This document shows, one piece after another, positions 45,879-56,065 of a stretch of 64,000 nucleotides of DNA. Position 1 is the first letter of the stretch; each line of letters begins with the position of its first letter. The stretch covers positions 312,241 to 376,240 of the forward strand of contig JBEKVT010000001.1 of NCBI GenBank assembly GCA_049997795.1, written 5' to 3'. Under the pieces are notes generated by a model, which saw only the letters and a program-made list of their open reading frames with translations, was not told the origin of the DNA and did no database searches. The DNA is from Minisyncoccia bacterium. Lineage in GTDB: Bacteria > Patescibacteriota > Minisyncoccia > Phycocordibacterales > PALSA-1337. The position numbers and the translations under genes are program-made.

Positions 45879-48086
45879 TTATTTTTCTTTATGCGGGATC
45901 GAGCTCGACTCGATGAGCACGTCGGCAAAATATTTCACCGCCCAATTCAAGGCTTGGTATTGACCATACTCGCCGGATATCGGGGAGCTTCCCCAGACGG
46001 CGCCGCTTAAAACCGGATCAGAGCCATTGTATTGGCATGATTTCAAGAAGTCCTTGAGCTTCCTCGCGGCTTCCATGTATGCGCTATCGTGCGTGCCGAC
46101 GTACGCCTTCATGCATGTCACTGCGATCTGCGCGATGCCCGTCAAGCACGCCCAATCGACGGTGCCGTCCCATTTCTCGTCGAATCTTCCCGGTATCTTG
46201 CCGGTCGCGCCCATCCGATCGATGATCTGATCGAGCGCCTTCCGCGCGGCGTCCGTGAACCTCCGTTCCTTGAGATGGATGCCGATATCCCACAGGCCGT
46301 CGATCGTATAAGCGATCGTATGAAGGAGCGCGTCGGGCCGTTGTTCGAAGTCTGCGTCGCGGAACCAGCCGTTCGGGTCTTGCATCGACAGGGTGTGTTC
46401 CGCCGATCTCCGCGCCGCCTCGGTCAAGTCCTTATCTTTCGCCAGCGCGCCCAATTCGGCGAGAGGCGCCAGGGCATACACGTTATATGTAGTGACCCTC
46501 TGATCGACTGACGAGGCATTATCAGAATTCCACCAGCCTTGTTTGCCAAGATCATCGGCGTATTCATGCTCCAATATCCAGGCAGCCGATCTTTTCGCCG
46601 CCTTCAAGTACTTCTCCTTTTTGGTCAGCTGCCACATAGCGATCATGCCCCGGATGACCTGGCCGGTATCGAAGACGGCCGGAGCCGGCGGAACGGAGAT
46701 GTTCCCTCCCTGTACGGCCCCGCCTGGCAGCATGACGTTGATCTCCCACTCTGCCATGAGCCGCGCCCGCCGGATGAGGTCCGCGTCGCCCAAGAGCCGT
46801 CCGGCCTTGATCATGGTCGGGATGATGTAGCCGGTCGTCTCAGGGTAAGACGGCTGCCAGCCGAAGCGATTAGACTTGCTTCCCGGAATGAGATCGAAGC
46901 CTCGGCTCACTCCTCCGTCCGGCGTGGCATCCTGCGCCCGTTTGAGCCAATCGAGACATCTCATCAGATGGTCGCGGTCGCTCCCGACCAAGGCGTGATC
47001 GTATCGGGCGAGTTCCTTCTCGAACCGCGCCAGAGTTCTTTTATTCGCTTGCCATTTTAATATCTTGCCGGCCCTTTTAAAAACTGATTTAAGAGCGGAG
47101 TCCTTTTTCGTCGGCCCCTGTATGCTGCCGATCCAGGAGATCTTTTCCATGGTCTTCGAGAATACCGGCCACTCTGATACCGCCGATTCGACGGCCAGGG
47201 CCAGATCATAGATCTTAGTCGCCAGCCAGTCTGGGGCCCAGCCGCGGAACTTCATCGGCTCGAAGAGGTAGAAGAAGAATCCCCAACCTGCCCCCGCGTA
47301 TGATATCGGTTTGACGAAACAGTCCGCCGCCCATTTATTTATCTCTCGATATGAATAGTAACGATCGTATGTGAGGCCCCAGGGCTTCAGGCGGTCGATC
47401 GCTGGCAGCATCCTGAATCGTTTGTATAGCTCCTTCGGGTTCAGCTTATTATAAAGTTCTAATGCGACGAAGCCGCTCGGTTTGGTGATGCGGACCATCT
47501 CGGCGAAGGCCGCTTCCGGCCGTCTGATGTGCTGGAAGACCCTGATGCTCACGGAGAGATCGGCCACCGCGCCTTTGATGGGCATATCCTCGAGCTGGCA
47601 ACAGACGAGCCATGCTTCCGGCATCCTTTCCTTGGCCGCCTTGAGGAGATGCAGGGAAGAGTCGGTACCTATCTTTCTTCCGATCTTCGGATAATATGAC
47701 AGAAGCCTGCCGTTGCCGCAGCCGCAGTCGATGACGGTCCGGCCGCTCAAGCCGGCATTCGCCGACGCGAGCAGCCGGTCTATCGCCCTCATCTCGGAGA
47801 CGTGCGTATATAACCCCCATGTTGAGCCCTGTTTCTTCAGGTAGCTGTCGTATTTCTTGGCGTAATTCTTCGCCTGCTCTTCCTGATCCCAATGCCTTTT
47901 GTGCATGTCCGGAGAATGGGCCGCGTCCGGGAAGATGATAGGGATCCCATGGTCGACAGGGTAGACGTCGCCGCATTCGGCGCACACGAGAGAATCCGCC
48001 GAGTCCTGCCTCAAATCGCCGCGGCAATGCCGTTTCGGACAGCAAAGGATATCCATGAACTCCTGGGGAAGCTTGTCGGCGGTCAT
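45879..48086 (-). CDS. three-domain fusion: Trm112-like zinc ribbon + class I SAM methyltransferase + ~450-aa C-terminal alpha-helical domain, possibly (alpha/alpha)6-toroid-like
   Basis: CCPKRHC...CAECG ribbon; VIDCGCGNGRLL motif I and FVALELYN; long Trp/Ala-rich helical C-terminal region with no motif I can name. Confidence 0.5.
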   Translation of the reverse strand: MTADKLPQEFMDILCCPKRHCRGDLRQDSADSLVCAECGDVYPVDHGIPIIFPDAAHSPDMHKRHWDQEEQAKNYAKKYDSYLKKQGSTWGLYTHVSEMRAIDRLLASANAGLSGRTVIDCGCGNGRLLSYYPKIGRKIGTDSSLHLLKAAKERMPEAWLVCCQLEDMPIKGAVADLSVSIRVFQHIRRPEAAFAEMVRITKPSGFVALELYNKLNPKELYKRFRMLPAIDRLKPWGLTYDRYYSYREINKWAADCFVKPISYAGAGWGFFFYLFEPMKFRGWAPDWLATKIYDLALAVESAVSEWPVFSKTMEKISWIGSIQGPTKKDSALKSVFKRAGKILKWQANKRTLARFEKELARYDHALVGSDRDHLMRCLDWLKRAQDATPDGGVSRGFDLIPGSKSNRFGWQPSYPETTGYIIPTMIKAGRLLGDADLIRRARLMAEWEINVMLPGGAVQGGNISVPPAPAVFDTGQVIRGMIAMWQLTKKEKYLKAAKRSAAWILEHEYADDLGKQGWWNSDNASSVDQRVTTYNVYALAPLAELGALAKDKDLTEAARRSAEHTLSMQDPNGWFRDADFEQRPDALLHTIAYTIDGLWDIGIHLKERRFTDAARKALDQIIDRMGATGKIPGRFDEKWDGTVDWACLTGIAQIAVTCMKAYVGTHDSAYMEAARKLKDFLKSCQYNGSDPVLSGAVWGSSPISGEYGQYQALNWAVKYFADVLIESSSIPHKEK

Positions 48087-49618
48087 GACCTTTTTGCGCC
48101 AGACGCCTTTTTACCGAGCGCCGACTCGATCTCTTTCTTATATATGCTCCATATGGGGCTTGTGTCGCCGCCCCTCTCCCAGAGGGAGAAATAATTCACG
48201 TCGAAACCGGTGTCATAAGCGGCCGCCACGTAGTTTTCCAGGCGCCGTTCGTATTGAGGGGTATGAAGATCGACCTTAAGCACCTCTTTTATCTTATGGA
48301 CCAGGGTGGTCATGTCGGTGTGTTTGCTCACGTTCGGCAACTTAAGCGTCGTCCCAAGATCGCCAAGCTGGATCGCGGGTATTCGTAGGAACGCAGCCTC
48401 GACGAGAACGCTGCTGTTCTGGCTGATCACCAGGCTCGCTCTTTTCAGGATGTCGTATGACGGGATGCGGTAATCTATGAGCTTGATGTTCACTGTCCTG
48501 GCCAGCTTCTCGAGATACGAGGGCGGACGGTATCCGAGCATGGCCGGGTGGTCCTTGACGACCAGGGTGTAATCGTCTGGCAGGGACATGGCCGCCTGTC
48601 GGGCCGTCTCGATCTGGTTGCTGAAGAACGGGGAAGCCACGTCTATATTGGCCTCCGGCTGGAATTGCAAAGGCAGGTACACGAACTTGCTGATTTTCTC
48701 GAAAGGATGGTATGGAAAAGCCTTAGCCCTCCCCGCGTAACGGTCATGGCAGTAATGGTCCCGAAGGATTATGCGCGGCGGCCGGTAGTCGATGGTGATG
48801 CCGGTGCTGTCCAATCGATTCTCGGATGGTCTTATGTACCAGCGCAAGATGTGGTAATAAGGCGAACCAAGATGGCGGATCTTCTGCCACAAGGTCTTCG
48901 GGATCTCTTTTTGCGTGTATGTCGGAGCGATGAACCTCTCCCTGAACTCTTTGATGTATGCCCGCGCCTTGTCGAGATTCTCGCTCTCCGCCTCGCCCCG
49001 GTTCAATAGATCGACGCGGTCATGGAACGGCCCGGAACCGTCGGTGTGATCATAAGAGAATATGTAATTGCCGCTGACCTTCGAATCGGTCACGCCGAAC
49101 ATCGGCACGCCGCGCTTCTTCCCGTACAGGCTGAACATGATGTGGGGCAAGGCTACGAAATTCGGCGCGATGATGAGATCGGGCTTGAACTCGTCGAACA
49201 CGCGCCGTACGCATTTATAGAGCGCCATGACGTAGTCGATGATGCCCTCGTCGGAGACGTTCTGCCGGAAGGCGTAGTAATACTTGTCCTTATAGCTCCG
49301 GACGTGGTTGCGCAGGGACATGACGATCGGCCAGATGGAGTCGACGCCGATCTCCTTATTGATCAGAGCAAGAGGGAAGACGTCGCCTTTCAAGTAGTCT
49401 TTCGGCCGGCCCATGATCTCGTCGTTGTTGACGACGAGATCATAGCGCACCTCCCTTTGGGAAGCTATGAACTGGTGAGTCGTCCGTTTGAGGGTGAACG
49501 CGGCCAGGATGGCGCCCTCTTCCTGCAGGGACTTTGCCAGCGGGTGGCCGACATTCACGGCCCAGCTCCTCTGTTGGAATATGAGTATGCGTTTTCCGCG
49601 TATGGGTGAATGAGACAT
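48083..49618 (-). CDS. capsule polysaccharide biosynthesis protein family (KpsS/KpsC-like glycosyltransferase)
   Basis: 511 aa; VVKDHPAMLG ... ISQNSSVLVEAAFLRIPAIQLG resembles the Capsule_synth HP...S..E..G.P motif. Confidence 0.45.
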   Translation of the reverse strand: MSHSPIRGKRILIFQQRSWAVNVGHPLAKSLQEEGAILAAFTLKRTTHQFIASQREVRYDLVVNNDEIMGRPKDYLKGDVFPLALINKEIGVDSIWPIVMSLRNHVRSYKDKYYYAFRQNVSDEGIIDYVMALYKCVRRVFDEFKPDLIIAPNFVALPHIMFSLYGKKRGVPMFGVTDSKVSGNYIFSYDHTDGSGPFHDRVDLLNRGEAESENLDKARAYIKEFRERFIAPTYTQKEIPKTLWQKIRHLGSPYYHILRWYIRPSENRLDSTGITIDYRPPRIILRDHYCHDRYAGRAKAFPYHPFEKISKFVYLPLQFQPEANIDVASPFFSNQIETARQAAMSLPDDYTLVVKDHPAMLGYRPPSYLEKLARTVNIKLIDYRIPSYDILKRASLVISQNSSVLVEAAFLRIPAIQLGDLGTTLKLPNVSKHTDMTTLVHKIKEVLKVDLHTPQYERRLENYVAAAYDTGFDVNYFSLWERGGDTSPIWSIYKKEIESALGKKASGAKRS

Positions 49619-49678
49619 ATAGGCAGTTCCAGGCGTTCTAAGCTTATCAGACTCCCTAGATAACCGTCAAGACACCTA

Positions 49679-49706
49679 TTGACACCTTATGACGCCTTGC
49701 TATACT
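49679..49706 (+). promoter_or_regulatory. sigma70-type promoter TTGACA -16- (TGC)TATACT
   Basis: -35 TTGACA 49679-49684, extended -10 TGCTATACT 49698-49706, 42 nt upstream of the HTH gene. Confidence 0.55.
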
Positions 49707-49748
49707 TATAACCATCGCACCCGGTCCGATGTCATCACCAATTAAAAC

Positions 49749-50000
49749 ATGACCAATAAAGAGATCCAACCCCACACCGTGTACACTACCGGCGAAACCG
49801 AGGCCTTGCTGAAGATAAGCAGGAGCACCATGAAGCGCCTGCTCAAAAAAGGCCTCATCCGCGCCAACAAAGTCGGCCGCCAATACCGCATCCTCGGTTT
49901 GGAGATCCTGCGCATGGTCTCTCCGGAGACGGAACAGAAGGCAGTGAAGTCATACCTCAAGGTCAAGGAGAAGGCGGTCAGCAAGATAAATAGATGGTGA
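49749..50000 (+). CDS. excisionase-family helix-turn-helix DNA-binding protein
   Basis: 83 aa; YTTGETEALLKISRSTMKRLLKKGLIRANKVGRQYRI matches HTH_17/excisionase-type DNA-binding domains. Confidence 0.6.
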   Translation: MTNKEIQPHTVYTTGETEALLKISRSTMKRLLKKGLIRANKVGRQYRILGLEILRMVSPETEQKAVKSYLKVKEKAVSKINRW

Positions 50001-51787
50001 TCAAGGCGTTCATCAGAAAGACGACCGATGCTCTGCGGTTGCTCGACCGCGCCTTCAGGCAATACAGGAAGAAGATCGCCGTCCTGGCTTTTCTGGGCTT
50101 CTTGTCCGGCCTGTTCGAAGCGGTCGGCGTCAACGCTCTGGTGCCTCTTTTTTCGTTCTTGACCGGCAGCAATGACTTCGGCGACGACCTCGTCTCGAAG
50201 GCCATCAAGAGCCTGTTTGCCATCGTCCACGTCACGTTCTCGATAAAATATCTGCTTGTCTTCATCTGCATCCTATTCATTCTGAAGGCCCTGGCGCTCA
50301 TGTGGGCGAGCTACGTGAAGATCCAGATCATCGGCAACTATTCGAAATCCGCCCGCACCGCGCTCTTCCGGAAGACTTTGGCGGCCAGCTGGCCGTATCT
50401 CTTGAAGCAGAAGCTGGGCCACCTGGAGACGGTCATCTTGACCAACGTGCAATACGGCGAGCTCATGCTCGACCACCTGAGCAGCATCATCACCATCATG
50501 AGCATGCTCTTCATCTATACCGCCGTCGCCGTCGACATGTCGCCCATAACTAGCATCCTGGCCGTCGCTCTCGGTGCCGTCCTGTTCTTCATCTTCAAGC
50601 CGCTCATCACCCGGACCCGGCTGGCCTCGAACGATATCGAGGCCATCAACCGCCAGACTTCCCACCACGTCAACGAGAACGTCATGGGCATGAAGACCGT
50701 CAAGGCCATGGGCGTCTATCAGGCGGTCGTGGCCCGGGGCGAATCGTTCTTCGAGAGCCTGCGCCGGCTCAAGGTCAGGATCACTGTCCTCAAGATGGTC
50801 CCGGAGAACCTGATGCCGTCGATAGGCATAGTCTTCGTCATGATCGTCCTGGCCATTTCCTACAAGCTGCCGCATTTCAACCTGGCGGTCCTGGCGGCGG
50901 TGGTCTACCTGATCCAGCAGATCTTCCTCTATATACAGCAATTGCAGAGGCATGTGCAGATGGTCTATGAATGCGCGCCATACGTCAGGGCCATCACGGA
51001 ATTCGACGACGGAGCGGAGAGAGAGCTCGAACGCGACCGAGGCACGGCGGATTTCTCTCTCCGGTCGGAGTTCAAATTCTCAGACGTCTCGTTCGCTTAT
51101 GAGAATCGCAAGTCCGTCCTTGAGCACGTCGATTTCAGGATACGGCAGGGCGAGGTCGTGGGCCTCATAGGCCCGTCCGGCGCCGGCAAGACCACCATCG
51201 TCGACATATTGCTCCGCCTCTTCGATCCGTCGAAGGGCACCATCTCAGTCGACGGAGTCGACATCGCCTCCATCAAGCTCAGCGCCTGGCGCGAACACGT
51301 AGGTTATGTCTCGCAAGACGTCTTCCTGATGAACGACACGGTCGAGAATAATATACGTTTCTACAACCAGTCGTTATCGAAACAAGACCTGGTCAAGGCG
51401 GCCAAGATGGCCAACATATACGACGTCATCGAAAATCTGCCGCAAGGCTTCGACACGGTGATCGGCGAGCGCGGCGTCCTCTTGTCAGCCGGGCAACGCC
51501 AGCGCATCATCATCGCCCGCGTCCTGGCCAGGAAGCCGGAGCTCCTCATCCTTGACGAGGCCACCAGCGCTCTCGATAACCAGTCCGAGATGGAGATCCA
51601 GAAGGTCATCGACGGCCTCAAGGGCAAGCTGACCGTGTTCGTCATCGCTCACCGGTTGTCGACCGTGGTCAATGCCGACCAGCTCCTTGTCCTCGAAAAG
51701 GGCAGGATAGTCGAGCGCGGCAAGCCGCAGGACCTTCTGGCCGATAAGAGCTCCTATTTCCACAGGTTATATAATCTCAAGCAATAA
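49994..51787 (+). CDS. ABC transporter, fused permease/ATP-binding exporter (MsbA/type I exporter-like)
   Basis: 6-TM N-domain; Walker A GPSGAGKTT, signature LSAGQRQRIIIARVL, Walker B ILDEATSALD. Confidence 0.85.
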   Translation: MVIKAFIRKTTDALRLLDRAFRQYRKKIAVLAFLGFLSGLFEAVGVNALVPLFSFLTGSNDFGDDLVSKAIKSLFAIVHVTFSIKYLLVFICILFILKALALMWASYVKIQIIGNYSKSARTALFRKTLAASWPYLLKQKLGHLETVILTNVQYGELMLDHLSSIITIMSMLFIYTAVAVDMSPITSILAVALGAVLFFIFKPLITRTRLASNDIEAINRQTSHHVNENVMGMKTVKAMGVYQAVVARGESFFESLRRLKVRITVLKMVPENLMPSIGIVFVMIVLAISYKLPHFNLAVLAAVVYLIQQIFLYIQQLQRHVQMVYECAPYVRAITEFDDGAERELERDRGTADFSLRSEFKFSDVSFAYENRKSVLEHVDFRIRQGEVVGLIGPSGAGKTTIVDILLRLFDPSKGTISVDGVDIASIKLSAWREHVGYVSQDVFLMNDTVENNIRFYNQSLSKQDLVKAAKMANIYDVIENLPQGFDTVIGERGVLLSAGQRQRIIIARVLARKPELLILDEATSALDNQSEMEIQKVIDGLKGKLTVFVIAHRLSTVVNADQLLVLEKGRIVERGKPQDLLADKSSYFHRLYNLKQ

Positions 51788-51801
51788 GACCCGATAATCG
51801 C

Positions 51802-52884
51802 ATGTCAACCGATTTCATCTATAAAAAAGACGACCCCGCGGCTTTCTGGAAGTACTGGGAGGAATATATCAAGAATGCCGATGTAGGACCCAGGTATACA
51901 AGGCTGTCTCAGGAGAACTTCCTGGAGATGTCGGCGACCATGGGATTGCTTCAGGCCGATCGCAGTTTCGTCTATGTTCCGGACGGCCACCCTGCCGGCA
52001 TAGCTTTCGTGCCGATCGAGAAGAAAGGCAGCCTTGTCACAATAAGCTTCTACGGCACTTATACCATCGCGCCGCTCTTTGCGAATGACAACGCCGCCAA
52101 GAAGATCTTCTCGGCCATCGACCTGGTCGCTCGCGAGGAGAAGGTCGACAAGATAATGTTCTACGTCGACCCGTTGAACACCGACGTCTCCAAATATGAT
52201 CTTTTCCAACGTTTCGGATACCTGAATGCATCGATCCTCGGCTATTTGATCGATCTTACTCTTCCCGGCGACCTTCTCCGTCATTGCCGGAAAGGCCACG
52301 TCTCCAATATCAAAGACATCCTTAAGAACAAAGATTATGAGATATTCTATACGGACAAGGCAGCGCCATCATATGAATTGCATGAGGAGTATCGTCTGAT
52401 GCACCATAAGGCCGCCGGACGTGCGACCAGATCCAAGCAGTCATTCGATTCGCAGTTCGAGAAGCTCAAGGCCGGCCAGGCGGTTTTGTTCGGCGTCAGA
52501 TTCAAGGGTGCGGCTGTAGTATATTCATATTTCGAGATGTACGGCGCCAAGGGATTGTATGCTTCGTCGGCGGATGATCCTGATTATAAAGGCCTGCCGG
52601 TCTCTCATGCGCTCATGCTGCGCGCCATGGAATATCTGAGGGATCTCGGAGTGAAGAGCTTAGACGTCGACAGGCCGGCGAGCCCAAGCGCGCAATTCGA
52701 TTATTATCCGGACGAGAAACAGCTCGCCATTGGCCGGTTCAAGAGGGGATTCGGCGGCACGCTGGTCGACTGTTATCGCGGCGTCAAATATCTGAGCAAG
52801 GAAGCGTTTGAGGCCGATGTGGAAACCTTTCGGAAGGAATATTGGAAGCTTCAGGCAGGAAATGATCCGACCGGGCAAGAATGA
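51802..52884 (+). CDS. FemAB-like/Acetyltransf_6-type GNAT-fold protein
   Basis: 360 aa; size and secondary-structure pattern of the FemAB/BioF2-like acyl/aminoacyl transferase family. No diagnostic motif, so the call is tentative. Confidence 0.3.
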   Translation: MSTDFIYKKDDPAAFWKYWEEYIKNADVGPRYTRLSQENFLEMSATMGLLQADRSFVYVPDGHPAGIAFVPIEKKGSLVTISFYGTYTIAPLFANDNAAKKIFSAIDLVAREEKVDKIMFYVDPLNTDVSKYDLFQRFGYLNASILGYLIDLTLPGDLLRHCRKGHVSNIKDILKNKDYEIFYTDKAAPSYELHEEYRLMHHKAAGRATRSKQSFDSQFEKLKAGQAVLFGVRFKGAAVVYSYFEMYGAKGLYASSADDPDYKGLPVSHALMLRAMEYLRDLGVKSLDVDRPASPSAQFDYYPDEKQLAIGRFKRGFGGTLVDCYRGVKYLSKEAFEADVETFRKEYWKLQAGNDPTGQE

Positions 52885-52891
52885 TATCACC

Positions 52892-53656
52892 ATGTATAAG
52901 GATTCTCGCCAAAAGATCGTCGCCATCATCGAAGCCCGCATGACATCGAGCCGCCTGCCGGGCAAGGTCGTCATGCCGCTTGCCGGCAAGCCTGCGATCG
53001 GCTGGATCATCGAGCGCCTGAAAAGGAGCCGATATGTCGATGAAGTCATCGTAGCCACGACGACGAATAAAACGGATGACGCTCTTGTGGAAGCCGCGCG
53101 GAATCTCAAAGCAAAAAGCTTCCGGGGCAGCGAGGATGACGTGCTCGCGCGCGTCCTCGGAGCCGCCCATGAGACTAAAGCCGATGTGATCGTGGAGATA
53201 ACCGGCGACTGCCCGTTAGTCGATCATCGTCTGGTCGACCGCGCGATCGAGCTTCTCTCCGAGAAGAAGGCGGACTTCGTCTCCAACAATACCTCGGCGA
53301 CCCCGACGTTCCCGGACGGCTTCGACGTCCGGGTCTTCCCGACGGCCGTGCTCGAGCAGGTCGACAGACTGACTAAGGACCCCATCGACCGCGTGCACGT
53401 CTCTTACTATATCTGGACGCACCCCGATAAGTTCAAAGTCGTCGAATGGAAAGCTCCTCCTGAGATGCACGGGCCCGATCTGCGCGTGACATTGGACGAG
53501 CGCAATGACTATGAATTGCTCGATGCCATCTTCAAGAAGCTGTTGCCGAAGGATGAGGATTTCTCTGCGGCCGATGTCGTGGCTCTTTTACGGGGTGATC
53601 CGTCGCTCCGGTCGATGAACCAAGAAGTCAAGGCCAAGACCCCGGAACAAGGCTGA
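52892..53656 (+). CDS. cytidylyltransferase, CMP-nonulosonate/SpsF-PseF-like (CTP_transf_3)
   Basis: VAIIEARMTSSRLPGKV N-terminal signature, ITGDCPLVD. Start moved to MYKDSR (52892). Confidence 0.65.
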   Translation: MYKDSRQKIVAIIEARMTSSRLPGKVVMPLAGKPAIGWIIERLKRSRYVDEVIVATTTNKTDDALVEAARNLKAKSFRGSEDDVLARVLGAAHETKADVIVEITGDCPLVDHRLVDRAIELLSEKKADFVSNNTSATPTFPDGFDVRVFPTAVLEQVDRLTKDPIDRVHVSYYIWTHPDKFKVVEWKAPPEMHGPDLRVTLDERNDYELLDAIFKKLLPKDEDFSAADVVALLRGDPSLRSMNQEVKAKTPEQG

Positions 53657-53677
53657 TAGTTGTAATATTATCCATAT

Positions 53678-54688
53678 ATGAAGAACGAACCGCATCCAAA
53701 AAGGGATAAGAACGCCAAGGCATACACAGCCGTCGTGATCGGCGCCGGACGCATCGCCGCCGGTTTTGATACCCCGGAAAGCAAGGCCGTCTTGACTCAC
53801 GCCCACGCCCTTTCGCTTGACCACAAAATAAAACTGGCCGGCTTTTACGATATCGATCTTAATAAAGCCAGAGAAGCAGGGAAGACCTGGTCCGTGAAGG
53901 CATTTGAAAGCCTTGATGGCATGATGAAAGAAGTCCGACCCGATATCGTCGTCATCTGCACGCCAGATCCGACGCACGCCGAAATGTTGAAAAGAGCCCT
54001 GGATCACAAGCCAAGATTGGTCATATGCGAGAAGCCGCTGACAATACGGACCGATGATTCAAAGGATATCGTCAGTCAGTACAAAAAAGCCGGGATTCCC
54101 TTGATAGTCAACTATTCTCGGCGATTCGACGAGACCACGCGGAGGCTTCAAGACGATCTCAGAAAAGGGAAGTACGGCAAAGTCATCTCTGCCGTCGGCG
54201 CCTATTCGAGAGGCATCCTGCATAACGGTTCGCACATGATCGACTGGGCGCGCTTCCTATTCGGCGAATCGAGACAAATCAAGGCCCTTGGCGGTTATAA
54301 CGATTATGACAGCGCGGATATCACAGTCTCCGGATTTCTGGTCTTCGAACGCTGTCCGGAATTCCACCTGATCGCCGCCGACGGGCGATGCTACAGCCTC
54401 TTCGAACTTGAGGTGATCGCCGAGAAGGGAAGGATACGCCTTATTGATTCCGGTTCGATGATCGAAGCCCAGGACAGGATCGATGACCCGGCCTATAAAG
54501 GCTTCACTACCTTGAGCCAGGCGAAGCAGAGCCCCACTCATCTGTCCCAAGCGCTCGTGCGATTGTATGGACATGTAGCCGCGCATCTCGAGAGCGGAGA
54601 AGCTCTCATCTCTTCCGGAGAGGAAGCTCTCCGGACGCAAGAGATTTGCCAGACATTATTGGATCAGTACCGGGCGCTCGATAAATAA
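53678..54688 (+). CDS. Gfo/Idh/MocA-family NAD(P)-dependent oxidoreductase
   Basis: VVIGAGRIAAG Rossmann N-terminus, ICTPDPTHAEM, EKPL catalytic-region motif. Confidence 0.7.
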   Translation: MKNEPHPKRDKNAKAYTAVVIGAGRIAAGFDTPESKAVLTHAHALSLDHKIKLAGFYDIDLNKAREAGKTWSVKAFESLDGMMKEVRPDIVVICTPDPTHAEMLKRALDHKPRLVICEKPLTIRTDDSKDIVSQYKKAGIPLIVNYSRRFDETTRRLQDDLRKGKYGKVISAVGAYSRGILHNGSHMIDWARFLFGESRQIKALGGYNDYDSADITVSGFLVFERCPEFHLIAADGRCYSLFELEVIAEKGRIRLIDSGSMIEAQDRIDDPAYKGFTTLSQAKQSPTHLSQALVRLYGHVAAHLESGEALISSGEEALRTQEICQTLLDQYRALDK

Positions 54689-54697
54689 GATATCTCT

Positions 54698-56023
54698 ATG
54701 GCTAATCCAAAAAATCCGAACAAGAAGTCCGTTCTGGCGATACGCGGCGGCAAGCCCGTGCGGACCGAGCTCTTCCCGTCGTGCCGGGTCATCGGCAAGG
54801 AGGAGAAAGAAGCGGCCTGCCGCGTCATAGACTCCGGGGTGCTTTCTCGTTACCTAGGCTGTTGGGATCCGGATTTCATGGGCGGGCCGGAAGTCCAGAT
54901 CCTGGAAAAGGAATGGGCTGAGCATTTCGGCGTGAAGCACGCCATCGCCGTCAATTCTGCCACGTCCGGATTGATCTCGGCCGTCGGGGCCATCGGCACG
55001 GAGCCGGGCGACGAGTTCATCGTCACCCCGTGGAGCATGTCCATCTCTGCCACAGCCCCGCTCTTTTACGGAGGCATACCCGTCTTCGCCGACATCGAGC
55101 CCGAGCATTTCTGCCTCGACCCGGAAGATGTCAGGCGCAAGATAACCCCGCGCACCAAGGCCATCATCGCCGTCGACTTATTCGGTCAGCCCTATGACGC
55201 CGATGCTATCAACCAGATCGCCAAAGAACATAATCTCATCGTCATCGAAGATGCCGCCCAGGCGCCCGGCGCCAAGTACAAGGGCCGCTATGCCGGCACG
55301 CTCGGAAACATAGGCGTATACTCGCTCAATTATCACAAGCATATACACACCGGCGAAGGAGGCGTGATAGTCACGAACGACGACGGGCTGGCCGACAGGC
55401 TGCGCCTCATCCGCAACCATGCCGAGGCCGTGGTCGGCGACAAGGGGAACAAAGACTTGGTCAACATGATCGGCTACAACTTCCGTCTCACGGAATTGAA
55501 CGCCGCTATCGCCAGAGAACAACTGAAGAAGCTGGAAAAGCTGAACGCCGAGCGCCAGAAGAACTGCGCGCATGTCGCAAAGCGCCTGGCGAAGCTTCCT
55601 GGGATCAAGCCGGCGCCGACAAGGAAAGGCGCGGATCACGTCTACTATTTCCAACCGTTCCTTTTCGACGAGAAGGTCGTCGGAGTCAGCCGAAAGAGCT
55701 TCCTCGAAGCGGTAAAAGCCGAGCTCAAGCCTTCTGAATTGCGCGAACAGGAAGGAGTGCTTCTCAATTATCCCTACGTCAAACCGCTCTACATGCTGCC
55801 GATATTCCAAAAGAGGATCGCCTTCGGAAAAGGCGGTTACCCATTCAACTTGGCCGGCAACCCGTTGAATTACGCCAAAGGCTTGTGCCCAAATGCCGAA
55901 CGATTGGACGAGAAGAGCTTCTTCTCCCACCAGCTCATGCGGCCCGGCTCGAGCCAGAAAGACCTCGATGACGTCTGCAAAGCATTCGAGAAAGTTTACG
56001 AGCACAGGCATGAATTATCATAA
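54698..56023 (+). CDS. pseC: DegT/DnrJ/EryC1/StrS-family sugar aminotransferase (PseC/PglE-like)
   Basis: 441 aa; PLP-lysine region YSLNYHKHIHTGEGG, DAAQAPGA. Symbol is by pathway context and is tentative. Confidence 0.6.
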   Translation: MANPKNPNKKSVLAIRGGKPVRTELFPSCRVIGKEEKEAACRVIDSGVLSRYLGCWDPDFMGGPEVQILEKEWAEHFGVKHAIAVNSATSGLISAVGAIGTEPGDEFIVTPWSMSISATAPLFYGGIPVFADIEPEHFCLDPEDVRRKITPRTKAIIAVDLFGQPYDADAINQIAKEHNLIVIEDAAQAPGAKYKGRYAGTLGNIGVYSLNYHKHIHTGEGGVIVTNDDGLADRLRLIRNHAEAVVGDKGNKDLVNMIGYNFRLTELNAAIAREQLKKLEKLNAERQKNCAHVAKRLAKLPGIKPAPTRKGADHVYYFQPFLFDEKVVGVSRKSFLEAVKAELKPSELREQEGVLLNYPYVKPLYMLPIFQKRIAFGKGGYPFNLAGNPLNYAKGLCPNAERLDEKSFFSHQLMRPGSSQKDLDDVCKAFEKVYEHRHELS

Positions 56024-56065
56024 GCGCGCATTATCAAAAGCATAACCAGCCATAATCTCATCATC

